A stretch of 52,535 nt of DNA, taken from a virus (lineage: Duplodnaviria; Caudoviricetes). Positions 18,079 through 27,716 of the stretch are shown here, piece by piece. The stretch covers positions 1 through 52,535 of IMG/VR virus record IMGVR_UViG_3300020477_000037. The stretch is one strand, 5' to 3'. Below the pieces are notes generated by a model. It was not told where the DNA came from, searched no databases, and worked only from the letters and a program-made list of their open reading frames with translations. Within the stretch, counting starts at the first letter, position 1, and each line of letters starts with the position of its first letter. A program made the translations under genes and the position numbers.

Positions 18079-18371
18079 TAATAAAATTCTCCATCTCTAT
18101 TATTTTTTTTATATTCAGTATCCTCGTTAAGTTCTTCAGTATCCTCTTCTTCTATTTCTTCTTCCCAATCCTCTCCCATCTCCTCTTCCATTTGTTTTTC
18201 AAATAAAGCGTCTGCTTCTAATGCTTTTTCTACTTTATATTCATCAATCTTATCTTGCATATGGTTGGTTGCAAGGCCACCCATTAAACCACCTAATGCG
18301 TTGGCGATTAAACCTTCACCTAATCCACCGCACCCCCCAAGTAAAAACAATAAAGGTATTAATTTTATCAT
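18054..18371 (-). CDS. Glycine-zipper lipoprotein with acidic tail
   Basis: Lipobox LGGC, GLIANALGGLMGG zipper, E/D-rich C-terminus. Confidence 0.6.
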   Translation of the reverse strand: MIKLIPLLFLLGGCGGLGEGLIANALGGLMGGLATNHMQDKIDEYKVEKALEADALFEKQMEEEMGEDWEEEIEEEDTEELNEDTEYKKNNRDGEFYYWQRLLLN

Positions 18372-18418
18372 GATATGCTCCTATAAGGACACAGAATGGA
18401 CTATTTCATGTCCGGTTT

Positions 18419-18658
18419 TTACTGCCTCTTGTTATCTATACCAGTAAATTCTAAAGCCAAACCAGAAACAGATGCTCCTACAGATAATCTAAGCTCAATT
18501 ATTGCCCCCGCAATACCAATCCTAGCATTTATATTTTGCAAAGGATTTATCCCTAGAGACTCTAATTGTTTTCTATATAAATCCATAGTGGTTCGCTGTT
18601 TTGAATTCGCTGTTTTATCAAAAGATATAAACGTAGAATGCTCTTCATGTTCAGGCAT
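18419..18658 (-). CDS. Hypothetical protein
   Basis: TAATG-coupled to the upstream lipoprotein gene. Confidence 0.45.
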   Translation of the reverse strand: MPEHEEHSTFISFDKTANSKQRTTMDLYRKQLESLGINPLQNINARIGIAGAIIELRLSVGASVSGLALEFTGIDNKRQ

Positions 18659-19269
18659 TAAAAGCTCCCTAATTTATAAGAAATATGATTCTTTCTTTCA
18701 TCCCAATGCTTTGAGATTTCTTCTTCCATTTCCTTATGAAGTTTATCCGCACGTTTTCTAACCCTCTGTTTGATATCTTCAGATAGGGTAAGATAACTTG
18801 ACAAACTTTTCTTAACCTTATCCAGATCGAGTTTAGCTAAAGAGAACAACTCATTCCTTTGAGGATGCTCCCAATGATCAATAACAACAACACCATGATG
18901 CATTGAGTTTGTAAAAGTTTTCATAACTGTTTCGCTTAATTGTTCCTCCTCTGAATTCATAAAGTCTCTAGCTGTAGTACTACCCATATAATCTTTTAAT
19001 AAAGACCTTGTATAAAATTCTATAACTTTAGCGAGATCGTTTCTAGCTCTATCATCTGCGACAATCCTTTGCAGAGAGAAATTTCGGATACCAGAAGCGG
19101 AGCCAATCCCGTAGAACACCTTACCTTCTTCATCGGAAAAGGCTCCACTACCTTTCATTACCCAATCGGGAGGGCTAACAGATTGGAGTAACGGAGCGAC
19201 CCTCTGTGTCTCCTGAGTTGTCGAGCATGACGTTAGAACCAGAAGTAAAATGCCTAATATGGTTCTCAT
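18658..19269 (-). CDS. LPP20-family lipoprotein
   Basis: Lipobox LTSC; PDWV...FYGIGSA...ADDRARNDLAK resembles LPP20-type domains. Confidence 0.7.
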   Translation of the reverse strand: MRTILGILLLVLTSCSTTQETQRVAPLLQSVSPPDWVMKGSGAFSDEEGKVFYGIGSASGIRNFSLQRIVADDRARNDLAKVIEFYTRSLLKDYMGSTTARDFMNSEEEQLSETVMKTFTNSMHHGVVVIDHWEHPQRNELFSLAKLDLDKVKKSLSSYLTLSEDIKQRVRKRADKLHKEMEEEISKHWDERKNHISYKLGSF

Positions 19270-19492
19270 CGTTATCCTCTACATTAGGGTTAATATCTAT
19301 ACAATTATCATGTCCATCAAATGCATAAGACGGATGGTCTGTTACCCTTGTATGAATTTTCACCGCCTTATCAATCAAGTCTTCTGGGAATTGTGTTAGA
19401 ACAATATACAAAAGACCACCAGAAAATACAAATGCAATAGCAAGCGGGGCTAGGAACTTCTTATAGCTAACCATCAAAGCCACCAGTATCAA
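19175..19492 (-). CDS. Membrane-anchored hypothetical protein; likely start ATG 19474
   Basis: N-terminal TM FLAPLAIAFVFSGGLLYIVL. Confidence 0.45.
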   Translation of the reverse strand: MILVALMVSYKKFLAPLAIAFVFSGGLLYIVLTQFPEDLIDKAVKIHTRVTDHPSYAFDGHDNCIDINPNVEDNDENHIRHFTSGSNVMLDNSGDTEGRSVTPIC

Positions 19493-19694
19493 ATGCTTCT
19501 AATGCCTCAATATTTTCTTTGGCCTGTGCTATACCAGAGATATGTTTATGTGCTTCTTCTGTATAATTCGTATGTTCTCCAATACCTACAGGATTGTTTG
19601 TAAGAATTTCCAACGCTAAATTGTGTTCTTTTATTTCAGATTTATATCTCTGTAATAAAGCGTGATAAAAAGTTTTACTATATTTACCAACCAT
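19467..19694 (-). CDS. Small helical phage protein (NPVGIGEH motif)
   Basis: Helix-NPVGIGEH-helix pattern I recall from marine phages; AAGGAG SD. Confidence 0.55.
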   Translation of the reverse strand: MVGKYSKTFYHALLQRYKSEIKEHNLALEILTNNPVGIGEHTNYTEEAHKHISGIAQAKENIEALEAFDTGGFDG

Positions 19695-19708
19695 AATAAT
19701 ACTCCTTC

Positions 19709-19879
19709 CTAGTGATTAGGATTTGGTTCTATTTGATCATCACGGCCCTCATAATATGGAGGCGTACCACCAACATGGATATTATTTTTTTCTTGAACAA
19801 TATCCATCTCTTCTGCCGGCGTACCAAATAAAATAAAGAATAAAAAATAAACACTTACTGTAATTTCAATAATTCCCAT
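19709..19879 (-). CDS. Small TM protein, 56 aa (not in ORF track)
   Basis: MGIIEITVSVYFLFFILFGTPAEEMDIV...; AGGAG SD upstream. Confidence 0.5.
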   Translation of the reverse strand: MGIIEITVSVYFLFFILFGTPAEEMDIVQEKNNIHVGGTPPYYEGRDDQIEPNPNH

Positions 19880-19921
19880 AATAAACTCCTGTAATTATTA
19901 TATTGTTTTTATGAAGCCAAA

Positions 19922-19989
19922 GGTCTACCTGAGAATGTCAGGGAGGAGGAGGCCGGATGATGGCACAAACCTAACAGCCCAAGTAGACC
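19922..19989 (-). ncRNA. Candidate sRNA: long hairpin with an anti-Shine-Dalgarno loop (CCUCCUCCUCCC)
   Basis: Minus-strand stems GGTCTACTTGGG/CTCAGGTAGACC (12 bp) and TGTTAGG/CCTGACA (7 bp) with G-U pairs; loop contains CCTCCTCCTC. Confidence 0.5.
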
Positions 19990-20001
19990 AATAGCAAAAT
20001 G

Positions 20002-20217
20002 TTATTGACTTACTTGCACATCATTATTAGTTGTTCTTACTTCTTCAATTAATGTTTGCAATGCATCTACTTGTTTTTGAGTTGCATTGCGTTTACCAGT
20101 AAGATTACGCCATATCCTAGAGAACTGAGTATTACCGGCAACGAGTTGTTCTTTTTCCATACCTTTGTAATTAATTGGGATGTTTACAAACCGGAATTCC
20201 ATTGGCTTACCTTTCAT
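20002..20217 (-). CDS. Hypothetical protein
   Basis: ORF on the coding strand of the arm. Confidence 0.45.
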   Translation of the reverse strand: MKGKPMEFRFVNIPINYKGMEKEQLVAGNTQFSRIWRNLTGKRNATQKQVDALQTLIEEVRTTNNDVQVSQ

Positions 20218-20383
20218 TAGAGTTTAATAAATCGGCTTTTACCACTAAAAGCAATGGTGACTAGGTTGTATATTCTGATGGAGAACGCATAACCAACACG
20301 TTGGACAGACCCGTAGTAATCCATTTTACATCCCCACTAGCCGGAAGGTAGATGCAAAAACCTGCCCACTTTCGCACCGTCAA

Positions 20384-20767
20384 CTAGAAATCAAAGTCTT
20401 TCTTTTTCTTACCACTTCCGTTCTCCCCAGACCCATTGGCACGTTCCGCAAACTGAACCTTATTCGCCCTGATCTGGACTTTCTGATTAGTCTGACCGTC
20501 CTTCTCCCACCTTTGTTGCTCAAGCTCTCCGTAGACAAGGACTTTCACTCCCTTAGTTAAACGGTTCATAACATTAGATGAATATTCTTTATCCATCCAC
20601 CAATCCACATCCAAATAATGTGGCTTACTCACCCACTCTCCAGTCTTATCCTTATAGCTTTTGTTGTGACCGATAGAAAACTTAGCGACAATATTCTTAC
20701 CGATCTCTTTTGATTCAGCATCTCTGGTTAAGTTGCCGGACAGCCTTACTTCATTAACATTAAACAT
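20384..20767 (-). CDS. ssb: Single-stranded DNA-binding protein
   Basis: NEVRLSGNLTRDAE, KGVKVLVYGELEQQRWEKDGQ, C-terminal DFDF. Confidence 0.92.
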   Translation of the reverse strand: MFNVNEVRLSGNLTRDAESKEIGKNIVAKFSIGHNKSYKDKTGEWVSKPHYLDVDWWMDKEYSSNVMNRLTKGVKVLVYGELEQQRWEKDGQTNQKVQIRANKVQFAERANGSGENGSGKKKKDFDF

Positions 20768-20781
20768 AATAATCTTTCCTC

Positions 20782-21672
20782 TCAATTAATAATGTTATAG
20801 ATTTTATCCACCATTACTTCAGACCATTCAGACGTTTTCATTTGTGCGTATATCTTAATTTTTTCTAAAGCTTCATCTGGTGGCGGTGAATTTGGGTTAT
20901 CCTCGTCAATCCTATAGGCTTGCTCTACGAGCTTACTTTTCACCAAGTCAGGTGAGTCTTGAGAGTTTCCTATGTACGTCCTAATTGCTTCTAACTTATC
21001 CCCCCTTGCTTTCTTAAAACCATTTTCTTTTACAGGTCTTTGGGTTCCTGTATCACCATTCTGGAAATCGTTAAAGTCTGTATCTTCTCCAGTTGGCAGA
21101 ACAAACTTCTTTAGGTAGGCATACTTAATTGCGTAGGATACAGCCTTCCCTATTCCTTTATCGTTTTTATCCCAACCATAACCATAGGAATAAACTGTAT
21201 CTGTGTCGGAAGGGTTGTCAGCATTAATAAATTTAACGCCAACCTTAACAACGGACATAATGTAACCCTTGTCCATTTGTTTTATATCATGGTCTTCTAT
21301 GGACGGTGAAACAGTAATCCCGGCATCAACCATAGCCCCATGTAATACATTAGCGACAGCATCATGGCTTGCAAAACTGTAACCCATTTGGTGTTTAGCA
21401 TCTTCAGCAACACCCCTAACCTTATCCATGACCTGTAATATTTTTTGCTGAAGATTTGGGCTTGATATTTTCCCCTCTAAAACAAGATCATCTTCTATAG
21501 CATCTAACCTAGCTTGTAAAACAGGGATTGTTTCATATGAATTTTTAAACAACGTAAGCGAATCTAATAATTTTTGAAAATTAACCTTTTGTTCTTTACT
21601 TAAAAGCAATGGCTCTAATTCTTCCTGTGTTTCTTCCTCTACTACCTCTTTCTTTTTTCTACCCATCGGCAA
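20782..21672 (-). CDS. ERF-family ssDNA annealing protein
   Basis: GYGWDKNDKGIGKAVSYAIKYAYLKKFVLPTGED ERF motif. Confidence 0.88.
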   Translation of the reverse strand: MPMGRKKKEVVEEETQEELEPLLLSKEQKVNFQKLLDSLTLFKNSYETIPVLQARLDAIEDDLVLEGKISSPNLQQKILQVMDKVRGVAEDAKHQMGYSFASHDAVANVLHGAMVDAGITVSPSIEDHDIKQMDKGYIMSVVKVGVKFINADNPSDTDTVYSYGYGWDKNDKGIGKAVSYAIKYAYLKKFVLPTGEDTDFNDFQNGDTGTQRPVKENGFKKARGDKLEAIRTYIGNSQDSPDLVKSKLVEQAYRIDEDNPNSPPPDEALEKIKIYAQMKTSEWSEVMVDKIYNIIN

Positions 21673-21764
21673 GTCCTTTATAATATTGTTAATAATTTAA
21701 TAGTTTTTTGATTACGATATAACCCTCCCATTAAAGATTTCAACTGCATAAGCAACAATCGGCT

Positions 21765-22214
21765 CTAATCCTTTTTTTTTAATTCCACAAAATCATTCTT
21801 AGGGATCTTGTATGTTAATCCACTTGGTATTACATATAAATCTTTTAGCGGTTCTGTAATTTTTACATATCTGTAAGGCTTGCTCCCAACTATAACGCAT
21901 GGTAAGGAATTAAGATGGTAATTAATATTTTCGCCAATCCTATGGGACAACCAGTACTCTGCCATCGTATCTTTTTGTTCAAAGAATTCGTTATCATAAA
22001 GAAAATACTGAGAAACCTTTCCATTTTTAATCCCCACACCCTCTAAAAAACAATCTTGGTTAGAGAATATAGTCCCGCCCCACATATATAACTTAATTTC
22101 AAAGTTAGGGAATCTATCGCTGAACTCTTTAAAACATTTCAGTCCATTCTTTCTGACAGATTCATTGGATACTGGGCTGAAGTCTACATTCGTTGTATTA
22201 TTTTTTGAAGTCAT
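21765..22214 (-). CDS. Hypothetical protein
   Basis: 149-aa ORF overlapping the end of the YqaJ gene. Confidence 0.5.
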   Translation of the reverse strand: MTSKNNTTNVDFSPVSNESVRKNGLKCFKEFSDRFPNFEIKLYMWGGTIFSNQDCFLEGVGIKNGKVSQYFLYDNEFFEQKDTMAEYWLSHRIGENINYHLNSLPCVIVGSKPYRYVKITEPLKDLYVIPSGLTYKIPKNDFVELKKKD

Positions 22215-23271
22215 ATCCTAATCGCTCATTTAACCTAATCTCATGATCTTCCCAACTGATGTTGTTACGAAACTGCTTCCATCCTTTTGGGACATTAGTA
22301 TACTTCTCTTTAGTTTTTTCGGAATACCCCGCCTCATTAGCGAGTCCCTGCCAATCAATTCTTGGCTTTGGTTTAACCGTTGACCAATTTACTAATACCT
22401 TATCACCGGGGTTCTTTAGCTTGGTGACTTTTTCTTTAAGCATTTGTGCTTTGATGAGGGCTTCATGTTCCCTTGCGAGTTTCTCATGTCTCTTAACCTC
22501 ATCGTTATGATATCTATTCTTGCATAAATGAAAGTAAAAGTCAAATCCTTTTTCATGTTTTTCATCAAAAACTACTTTATCTGCTTCGATAAATTCTGAT
22601 TGATCTACCTGATCAAGTAGTTCTAGGTCAATCTTATCTCCACTTGGGTCAGGCGGGACATCATACTGAACTCTTTCCCAAAAGCTTAACTCAGCCTCTA
22701 GCAATCTATCCTTATCTTCTTTTGTAACCTTTATTTTAAAACTTTTAAAATCATTTACTCCTATTAATGCAAGGACATACCAATCATTTATGCCGGTGAC
22801 ATTAGCATAGTGGACTACCTGCCAATAATAATAATTAGGCACTCCATTTCTCCAGTCATCATATCTCTGTGAAGTTTTTACTTCAACTCCATACTCAGCC
22901 TTATTAACAAGTTTCCATGCGTTCTCGATGCCACCATGTATTTTATATTTTTTATATAGATCCTCATCGTAGCAAACCAACCCATCAATATGGGCGTGGA
23001 TAAAGCTATGCTCTGGATGCACTAAAGTATCCTCAACATCACAAACAAAATCCCCCGTTTTCTCTTGGTGAAATTTCTTAACCAACGGCTCTTGTTCTGT
23101 ACCCCACCACATACGATCCATCGCTTGTTCATTAAAACTTCTTTCAACCTTACCTGTATACCATTGGTGTAAATATAAAGGAGATTCCCAAGGGTTTACT
23201 TTCATAATCTTTGAGGCATCCGTTCCTCCAATTGACTTCTTTTTTAATTCCAATTGTTCTGGTGTTAGCAT
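22198..23271 (-). CDS. YqaJ / lambda-exonuclease-like recombination nuclease
   Basis: IGGTDAS, WGTEQEP, AHIDG, VEVKT and YYWQVVHY motifs. Confidence 0.9.
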   Translation of the reverse strand: MLTPEQLELKKKSIGGTDASKIMKVNPWESPLYLHQWYTGKVERSFNEQAMDRMWWGTEQEPLVKKFHQEKTGDFVCDVEDTLVHPEHSFIHAHIDGLVCYDEDLYKKYKIHGGIENAWKLVNKAEYGVEVKTSQRYDDWRNGVPNYYYWQVVHYANVTGINDWYVLALIGVNDFKSFKIKVTKEDKDRLLEAELSFWERVQYDVPPDPSGDKIDLELLDQVDQSEFIEADKVVFDEKHEKGFDFYFHLCKNRYHNDEVKRHEKLAREHEALIKAQMLKEKVTKLKNPGDKVLVNWSTVKPKPRIDWQGLANEAGYSEKTKEKYTNVPKGWKQFRNNISWEDHEIRLNERLGYDFKK

Positions 23272-23275
23272 GGTC

Positions 23276-25099
23276 TTATCCTCTTGTTAAATTATTTGAA
23301 TAGAACCTTCCAGTACTTCGATCATAGTCGAGGCTACATTTTCCTAATTTACCTATATGTTTACTTCGCATTTTTTGTACATAGATATTGACACGGTTTG
23401 CCAGAACACCATCATCGGTCATGGGTCTTGCACAACAAATAATTGAATCACCTTTATCAGACCAATGATGAGATCCTGCAATGTCAGATCGCTGTGGAAT
23501 CCATTCCCCAACCCTACCCCTGTATTCAGATGGCGGTTTAGTTGGATGAACTACCACCCAAATGTGAAGGTTATGCATACGGGCAAACTTCCTTATTCTT
23601 CCTAGTGCTATAGAGATATATTCTGTCTCTGTTAAGCCATCATAAACATGGGATACTTCATTCCAAGGATCAATTATAATTCCATTGATATCTCCTTTTT
23701 TAAGTTCCATTATTTTCTTAGATATTTCCAGTATCTTATATACCGTTGGAGGAGAGTCATGGAAATCTAAGAAATTAAAATGATCCCTAAACCATTTGAT
23801 CGCCTGAGGTACTTTATGTTTATGGTCTGGATGACTAGCACCATCGGTTATATTCATACCAATCTTTTTTTCTATGAGCTTAGAGAGATGGTCTTCTGGT
23901 TGATTTTCTGCGGAGTATAAAATAAACTTCCAATCATTTTGTTCTGCGAGATTAATAAGCCATTGATCCAGAAGCTCTGATTTCCCCATGTTACCCTGAC
24001 CATGCATCCAAGTGCATTGTCCTGAGAGTACAGTATAGAATTCATCGACATCTTTAAATCCGGTAGATAACCCCTTCGGTCTACCATTCTTTACGATATT
24101 ATAAAATGACTCCTCTAAGACATCCCATCCCACCAACCCTTCTACCGGCAAGTCTTGCCCTGCTTCGATAATAAAACTTCTAAGCTTTTCCTTCCCATGC
24201 TTTAAAAGAAATTCATTAGCATCTTTAATACCGCCATCTTCAGCGGGTTTTAAATCCCAATTTAATATTCTTATTTTATCTTTACCGCATAGTTCTGATA
24301 GGTAGTTAATTAATACTCCTCTTACTTCCTTCCCTTTAGCGTCATTATCTACAGCCAATATGATTTCGTTTACCTCACTTAATGTGCCGGATATTTTATC
24401 TAGGTACTGTAGATTTTTACTAGCCCCATTAGGAAGTGATACGACAGATATTAATCCGCTCTCATAGACGGACAGACAATCGATCTCTCCCTCAACAAAG
24501 ATAACCAACGAGGTTTGTATTGCGTCTTGATTATAAAGATATAACTCAGCACCCTTCTCTAGGGTAAAATTTTTATAAGTCCCATCACCGCTATCAGACC
24601 TGCATTTAATATTTACAACTTTCTTATCTACGATATATGGAAACTGGGCAATTGATTTACCTGCCGGTGTATATTTTGTAGATATCTGGAAGTGTTTAAT
24701 AGTTTCCTCAGATATACCTCTATCAGCCAACCATTTTTTAATTCGGCTATCAACTAATCCTGATACAGGGAAAACCCTTGGTTCATCTAGTATTCTAAAT
24801 TCTTTTAATGTGTCCTGTGGCGTTGTTAATTTTTGTGGTTTAGTCCCGTTGCCATTAAAGTCACTACACCCACCAAACTTTTCACAATGGTGGCAGTAGT
24901 ATGTAACACCTACTTTACCTGTATCTTTGAATACTTTATTAAAATGAATTCTTAAACATGGTCTGTCTTGATGCGTAGAACCTCTAGCCTCACAACATAA
25001 CGGGCATGGTACAGATATCTCTCCATCTCTAACCTTACCCGAATCCACCAGTATACCCTGTAGTGTTAACCAATCTAATTGATCTGTGATAGAACTCAT
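23276..25099 (-). CDS. Primase-helicase (T7 gp4 / Twinkle-like)
   Basis: Zn ribbon CPLC...YCHHC; TOPRIM VEGEIDCLS and AVDND; SF4 helicase motifs GQGNMGKS, IIIDPWN, VVVHPTK. Confidence 0.9.
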   Translation of the reverse strand: MSSITDQLDWLTLQGILVDSGKVRDGEISVPCPLCCEARGSTHQDRPCLRIHFNKVFKDTGKVGVTYYCHHCEKFGGCSDFNGNGTKPQKLTTPQDTLKEFRILDEPRVFPVSGLVDSRIKKWLADRGISEETIKHFQISTKYTPAGKSIAQFPYIVDKKVVNIKCRSDSGDGTYKNFTLEKGAELYLYNQDAIQTSLVIFVEGEIDCLSVYESGLISVVSLPNGASKNLQYLDKISGTLSEVNEIILAVDNDAKGKEVRGVLINYLSELCGKDKIRILNWDLKPAEDGGIKDANEFLLKHGKEKLRSFIIEAGQDLPVEGLVGWDVLEESFYNIVKNGRPKGLSTGFKDVDEFYTVLSGQCTWMHGQGNMGKSELLDQWLINLAEQNDWKFILYSAENQPEDHLSKLIEKKIGMNITDGASHPDHKHKVPQAIKWFRDHFNFLDFHDSPPTVYKILEISKKIMELKKGDINGIIIDPWNEVSHVYDGLTETEYISIALGRIRKFARMHNLHIWVVVHPTKPPSEYRGRVGEWIPQRSDIAGSHHWSDKGDSIICCARPMTDDGVLANRVNIYVQKMRSKHIGKLGKCSLDYDRSTGRFYSNNLTRG

Positions 25100-25800
25100 A
25101 TCACCATCCTTTCCTGAACCTTCGTTGATTGTTTAGCTTGATTGAGATACTTATCAAAATGTTTACTGGCATAATACACATCAGGGTCAATATAATTTCT
25201 CATCTTCTCGTTATCTCTCCACTCTTTTGTTTTAAATTCATTAACTGTTTGGAAATCCTCAACCTCATAACCATCCCTTAGTCTTGCGGATATTGTTTTT
25301 AAAATTGGAGCGGTAACCTTCCTTCTTTTTCCGGCACAATTATTAAAGTGATCAATGATTTTTTGTGCCTTGATTTTTAGTTCTGGATTATCCTCTCTAT
25401 CTTTTATAATAGTATTATTATATATATTATATATATCCGTTTTCACTTTCTCCCCATCAAAAGACATAAGCCCCTTGTCTATAAGGACTTGGATTGCTCC
25501 TTCCAACTCATTCATATATTCTGGATTATCTATATGGAGTTCAGTACAAATCCAACTAGGATCGTTAGGTAAGAAGCCGTTATTCTTTATATATAATAAG
25601 ACCATAAAGTGCAGATAAAACTTAATTATATCTGCGAGCTTATTAACTTCATAATTATCTATAAGATCTAAAGGAAACTTAACCCATTGTAATCGTTTGT
25701 TTTTCTTAGGATCTCTAGTAAAATTATAATATTGATCAACCAAAGGGATAATTAAAAGTTTGACATTATCTTTTTTGTGGTGTAAGTTATCATTTCTCAT
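25096..25800 (-). CDS. Putative replication initiator with phage conserved C-terminal domain
   Basis: IIDHFN...ISARLRDGY...KTKEW...MRNYIDP...HFDKYLNQ; lies directly upstream of the helicase. Confidence 0.7.
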   Translation of the reverse strand: MRNDNLHHKKDNVKLLIIPLVDQYYNFTRDPKKNKRLQWVKFPLDLIDNYEVNKLADIIKFYLHFMVLLYIKNNGFLPNDPSWICTELHIDNPEYMNELEGAIQVLIDKGLMSFDGEKVKTDIYNIYNNTIIKDREDNPELKIKAQKIIDHFNNCAGKRRKVTAPILKTISARLRDGYEVEDFQTVNEFKTKEWRDNEKMRNYIDPDVYYASKHFDKYLNQAKQSTKVQERMVI

Positions 25801-26332
25801 GTTCCTTATCCTCCTTTAAGGGGGGGCTTGACTGATCATCTGCCCCCTCAACCTCCTTCATTTGTCTTTGATGTTGCTCATATAAACGGTATTGTCTAAC
25901 CTTCCAACAAAAAGAATGATAGCTAACCCCGCATTCCTTCGCCATTTTTGTGCCGGTGATTTTAGTTTTACCGTCAGCCCAATCCATCATCTTTTCTTTA
26001 GCCTCATCAGTCCAATAGTATTTCTCTTGTCTTGGTTTTCTTTGAAAGCCAGACGGCCTGACCCCTCTAGGTAAAGTATTTTTAAGGGGCGGTACTTTCT
26101 GGAAGAATTTATTATTCGTAGTATTCTTCGGCTTAACGTCTCCTTTATTGATACTATGCCTAGTGTTTAACACCTTATCTCTTTCTTCTATTAGCTTAGA
26201 GGTAGGTATTACTTTTTTAAGTGTTCCTTCTGGCGTGTAAACCTTTACCTCAAATAAGGCTGTAGTGTTTTCATTCGATATAATCTTGGACTTATATCCA
26301 CCCGCACTCCATTTCCCGCCAGATTTAAGCAT
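25790..26332 (-). CDS. Hypothetical protein with C-terminal HTH-like region
   Basis: WTDE...TKMAKECGVSYHSF resembles an HTH. Confidence 0.45.
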   Translation of the reverse strand: MLKSGGKWSAGGYKSKIISNENTTALFEVKVYTPEGTLKKVIPTSKLIEERDKVLNTRHSINKGDVKPKNTTNNKFFQKVPPLKNTLPRGVRPSGFQRKPRQEKYYWTDEAKEKMMDWADGKTKITGTKMAKECGVSYHSFCWKVRQYRLYEQHQRQMKEVEGADDQSSPPLKEDKEHEK

Positions 26333-26531
26333 GAGTACCCCATTCTTTTTCTGGCATATTTTCTAGCCATTGGTTTAATTCGGATTCTTTAATCCGCAAT
26401 GAACCGCCCACTTGATACACCTTTGGTGTTCCATCTCCACGCTTTAACATTCGATAGAAGGTGCTGTATGGGAAATCTAATCGCTTAGATACCTCGCTTA
26501 TTTTTAAAAACTTATCTTCTTTACTAATCAT
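26325..26531 (-). CDS. Excisionase/AlpA-like HTH DNA-binding protein
   Basis: FLKISEVSKRLDFPYSTFYRMLKRG...VGGSLRIKESELNQWLE. Confidence 0.8.
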   Translation of the reverse strand: MISKEDKFLKISEVSKRLDFPYSTFYRMLKRGDGTPKVYQVGGSLRIKESELNQWLENMPEKEWGTHA

Positions 26532-27111
26532 CTTGATCCCCTTTCTTAGGAATTTCAATATCGTCTACATCGTCCATAGGTATAAGCTTTACCGATTCGA
26601 TATATTTATTAACACAAACGCTTAACCCATGAAGTAAGACCTCACCTCTATCATCAGATGGTTTGATATTATTTCTTTTATAAAAACTACCCATTATCCA
26701 TGAGATAGCACAATCAACTCCAATACTTTCTTCTCGTTCTAATTGATCCAGTTCTTCGGATGTTATTTCAGAACATCTCTTTTGGTTTTGGTAGACATCA
26801 TGAAGTAAATCTTCAAATGTTCCTAGTGGAGCAAAGGTAATTATATCCATAGCTAAATCACATAACATTTTAGTAAACTCTTCTGATATTCCATCTATAT
26901 TTTTATTTCGCATAAGATTTAATATTCTTCGTTTTCTTATTTCATATGATGGCTTTGTTTCTTCTTGATATTGTTTCACCTTATCTTTTTGCATATCAAT
27001 TCCACTATCAGTTGCCTTGCTATTCATTTCTTCTTCAAGTCTTTTGATAAGATCATCGTTAAGTCTTTTGATACGGTCATTGTTAGGTTCTTTCATTATC
27101 GTCCCTTTCAT
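26524..27111 (-). CDS. Hypothetical protein
   Basis: 195-aa ORF within the operon. Confidence 0.5.
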   Translation of the reverse strand: MKGTIMKEPNNDRIKRLNDDLIKRLEEEMNSKATDSGIDMQKDKVKQYQEETKPSYEIRKRRILNLMRNKNIDGISEEFTKMLCDLAMDIITFAPLGTFEDLLHDVYQNQKRCSEITSEELDQLEREESIGVDCAISWIMGSFYKRNNIKPSDDRGEVLLHGLSVCVNKYIESVKLIPMDDVDDIEIPKKGDQDD

Positions 27112-27388
27112 GTTCTAAGTTTTCTTGTTCTATTTTTTTCTCGTCAATCTCTAGAATCTCATCCATAACCCTTCGTAGTGTATTGACATTTTCCATTAGG
27201 GTTTCTATCCCTTCCTTAATTCTTTCACTTGGTTCGCTTGTCGCATCAAAATCTAATGCTTTCTTTACATCAAATTGTACTGATGGATTCCTAATAGAAT
27301 AATCAGAACTACCAATCAGGTTATTATTTTGTAGCTTTGCTATTGTATGAATAAATTCGTTGGTTAGGTTTTGTATTTTTTTACTCAT
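27083..27388 (-). CDS. Hypothetical protein
   Basis: 101-aa ORF within the operon. Confidence 0.5.
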   Translation of the reverse strand: MSKKIQNLTNEFIHTIAKLQNNNLIGSSDYSIRNPSVQFDVKKALDFDATSEPSERIKEGIETLMENVNTLRRVMDEILEIDEKKIEQENLEHERDDNERT

Positions 27389-27389
27389 G

Positions 27390-27716
27390 TTATGTTTCCT
27401 CTATTTTAATTGGATATTGAGATTCAACCCATGTCTTTTTTAGTTTATAGGTTTCGGTTCGGTAGCCCTTAACATCCTCGTATGCCAGATCATACGAACC
27501 GTCCTTATTAATCCAGACAATTAGAAAATCAACCCGGTATTTCTTTCCGTCTGCGAGATCAATCGGAACCTGCCGGAGAAAGTACAAGATCTCTCCGGCC
27601 TTTTGTAGTTCTTTTAGTTCCGAATACCTACTAGCCTCTCGCTTGGAATCAAATCTAATCCCATCAACAAGAGTAGGACTTGAATTATATTTTTGTCTTC
27701 TTATATTGATTCTCAT
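27390..27716 (-). CDS. DUF1064-like endonuclease (putative resolvase)
   Basis: KYN...VDGIRFDSKREA...YRVDF...EDVKG...YKLKK. Confidence 0.85.
   Translation of the reverse strand: MRINIRRQKYNSSPTLVDGIRFDSKREASRYSELKELQKAGEILYFLRQVPIDLADGKKYRVDFLIVWINKDGSYDLAYEDVKGYRTETYKLKKTWVESQYPIKIEET

Noticed and set aside
20217-20383. Riboswitch-like region downstream of ssb
   Set aside because: No convincing consensus match; it may instead hold a 35-aa ORF (MDYYGSVQ...) coupled to the next gene. Neither is well supported.
26325-26531. Excisionase as evidence of a temperate lifestyle, with the tRNA as attP
   Set aside because: No integrase or repressor recognised; such HTH proteins also act as plain regulators.
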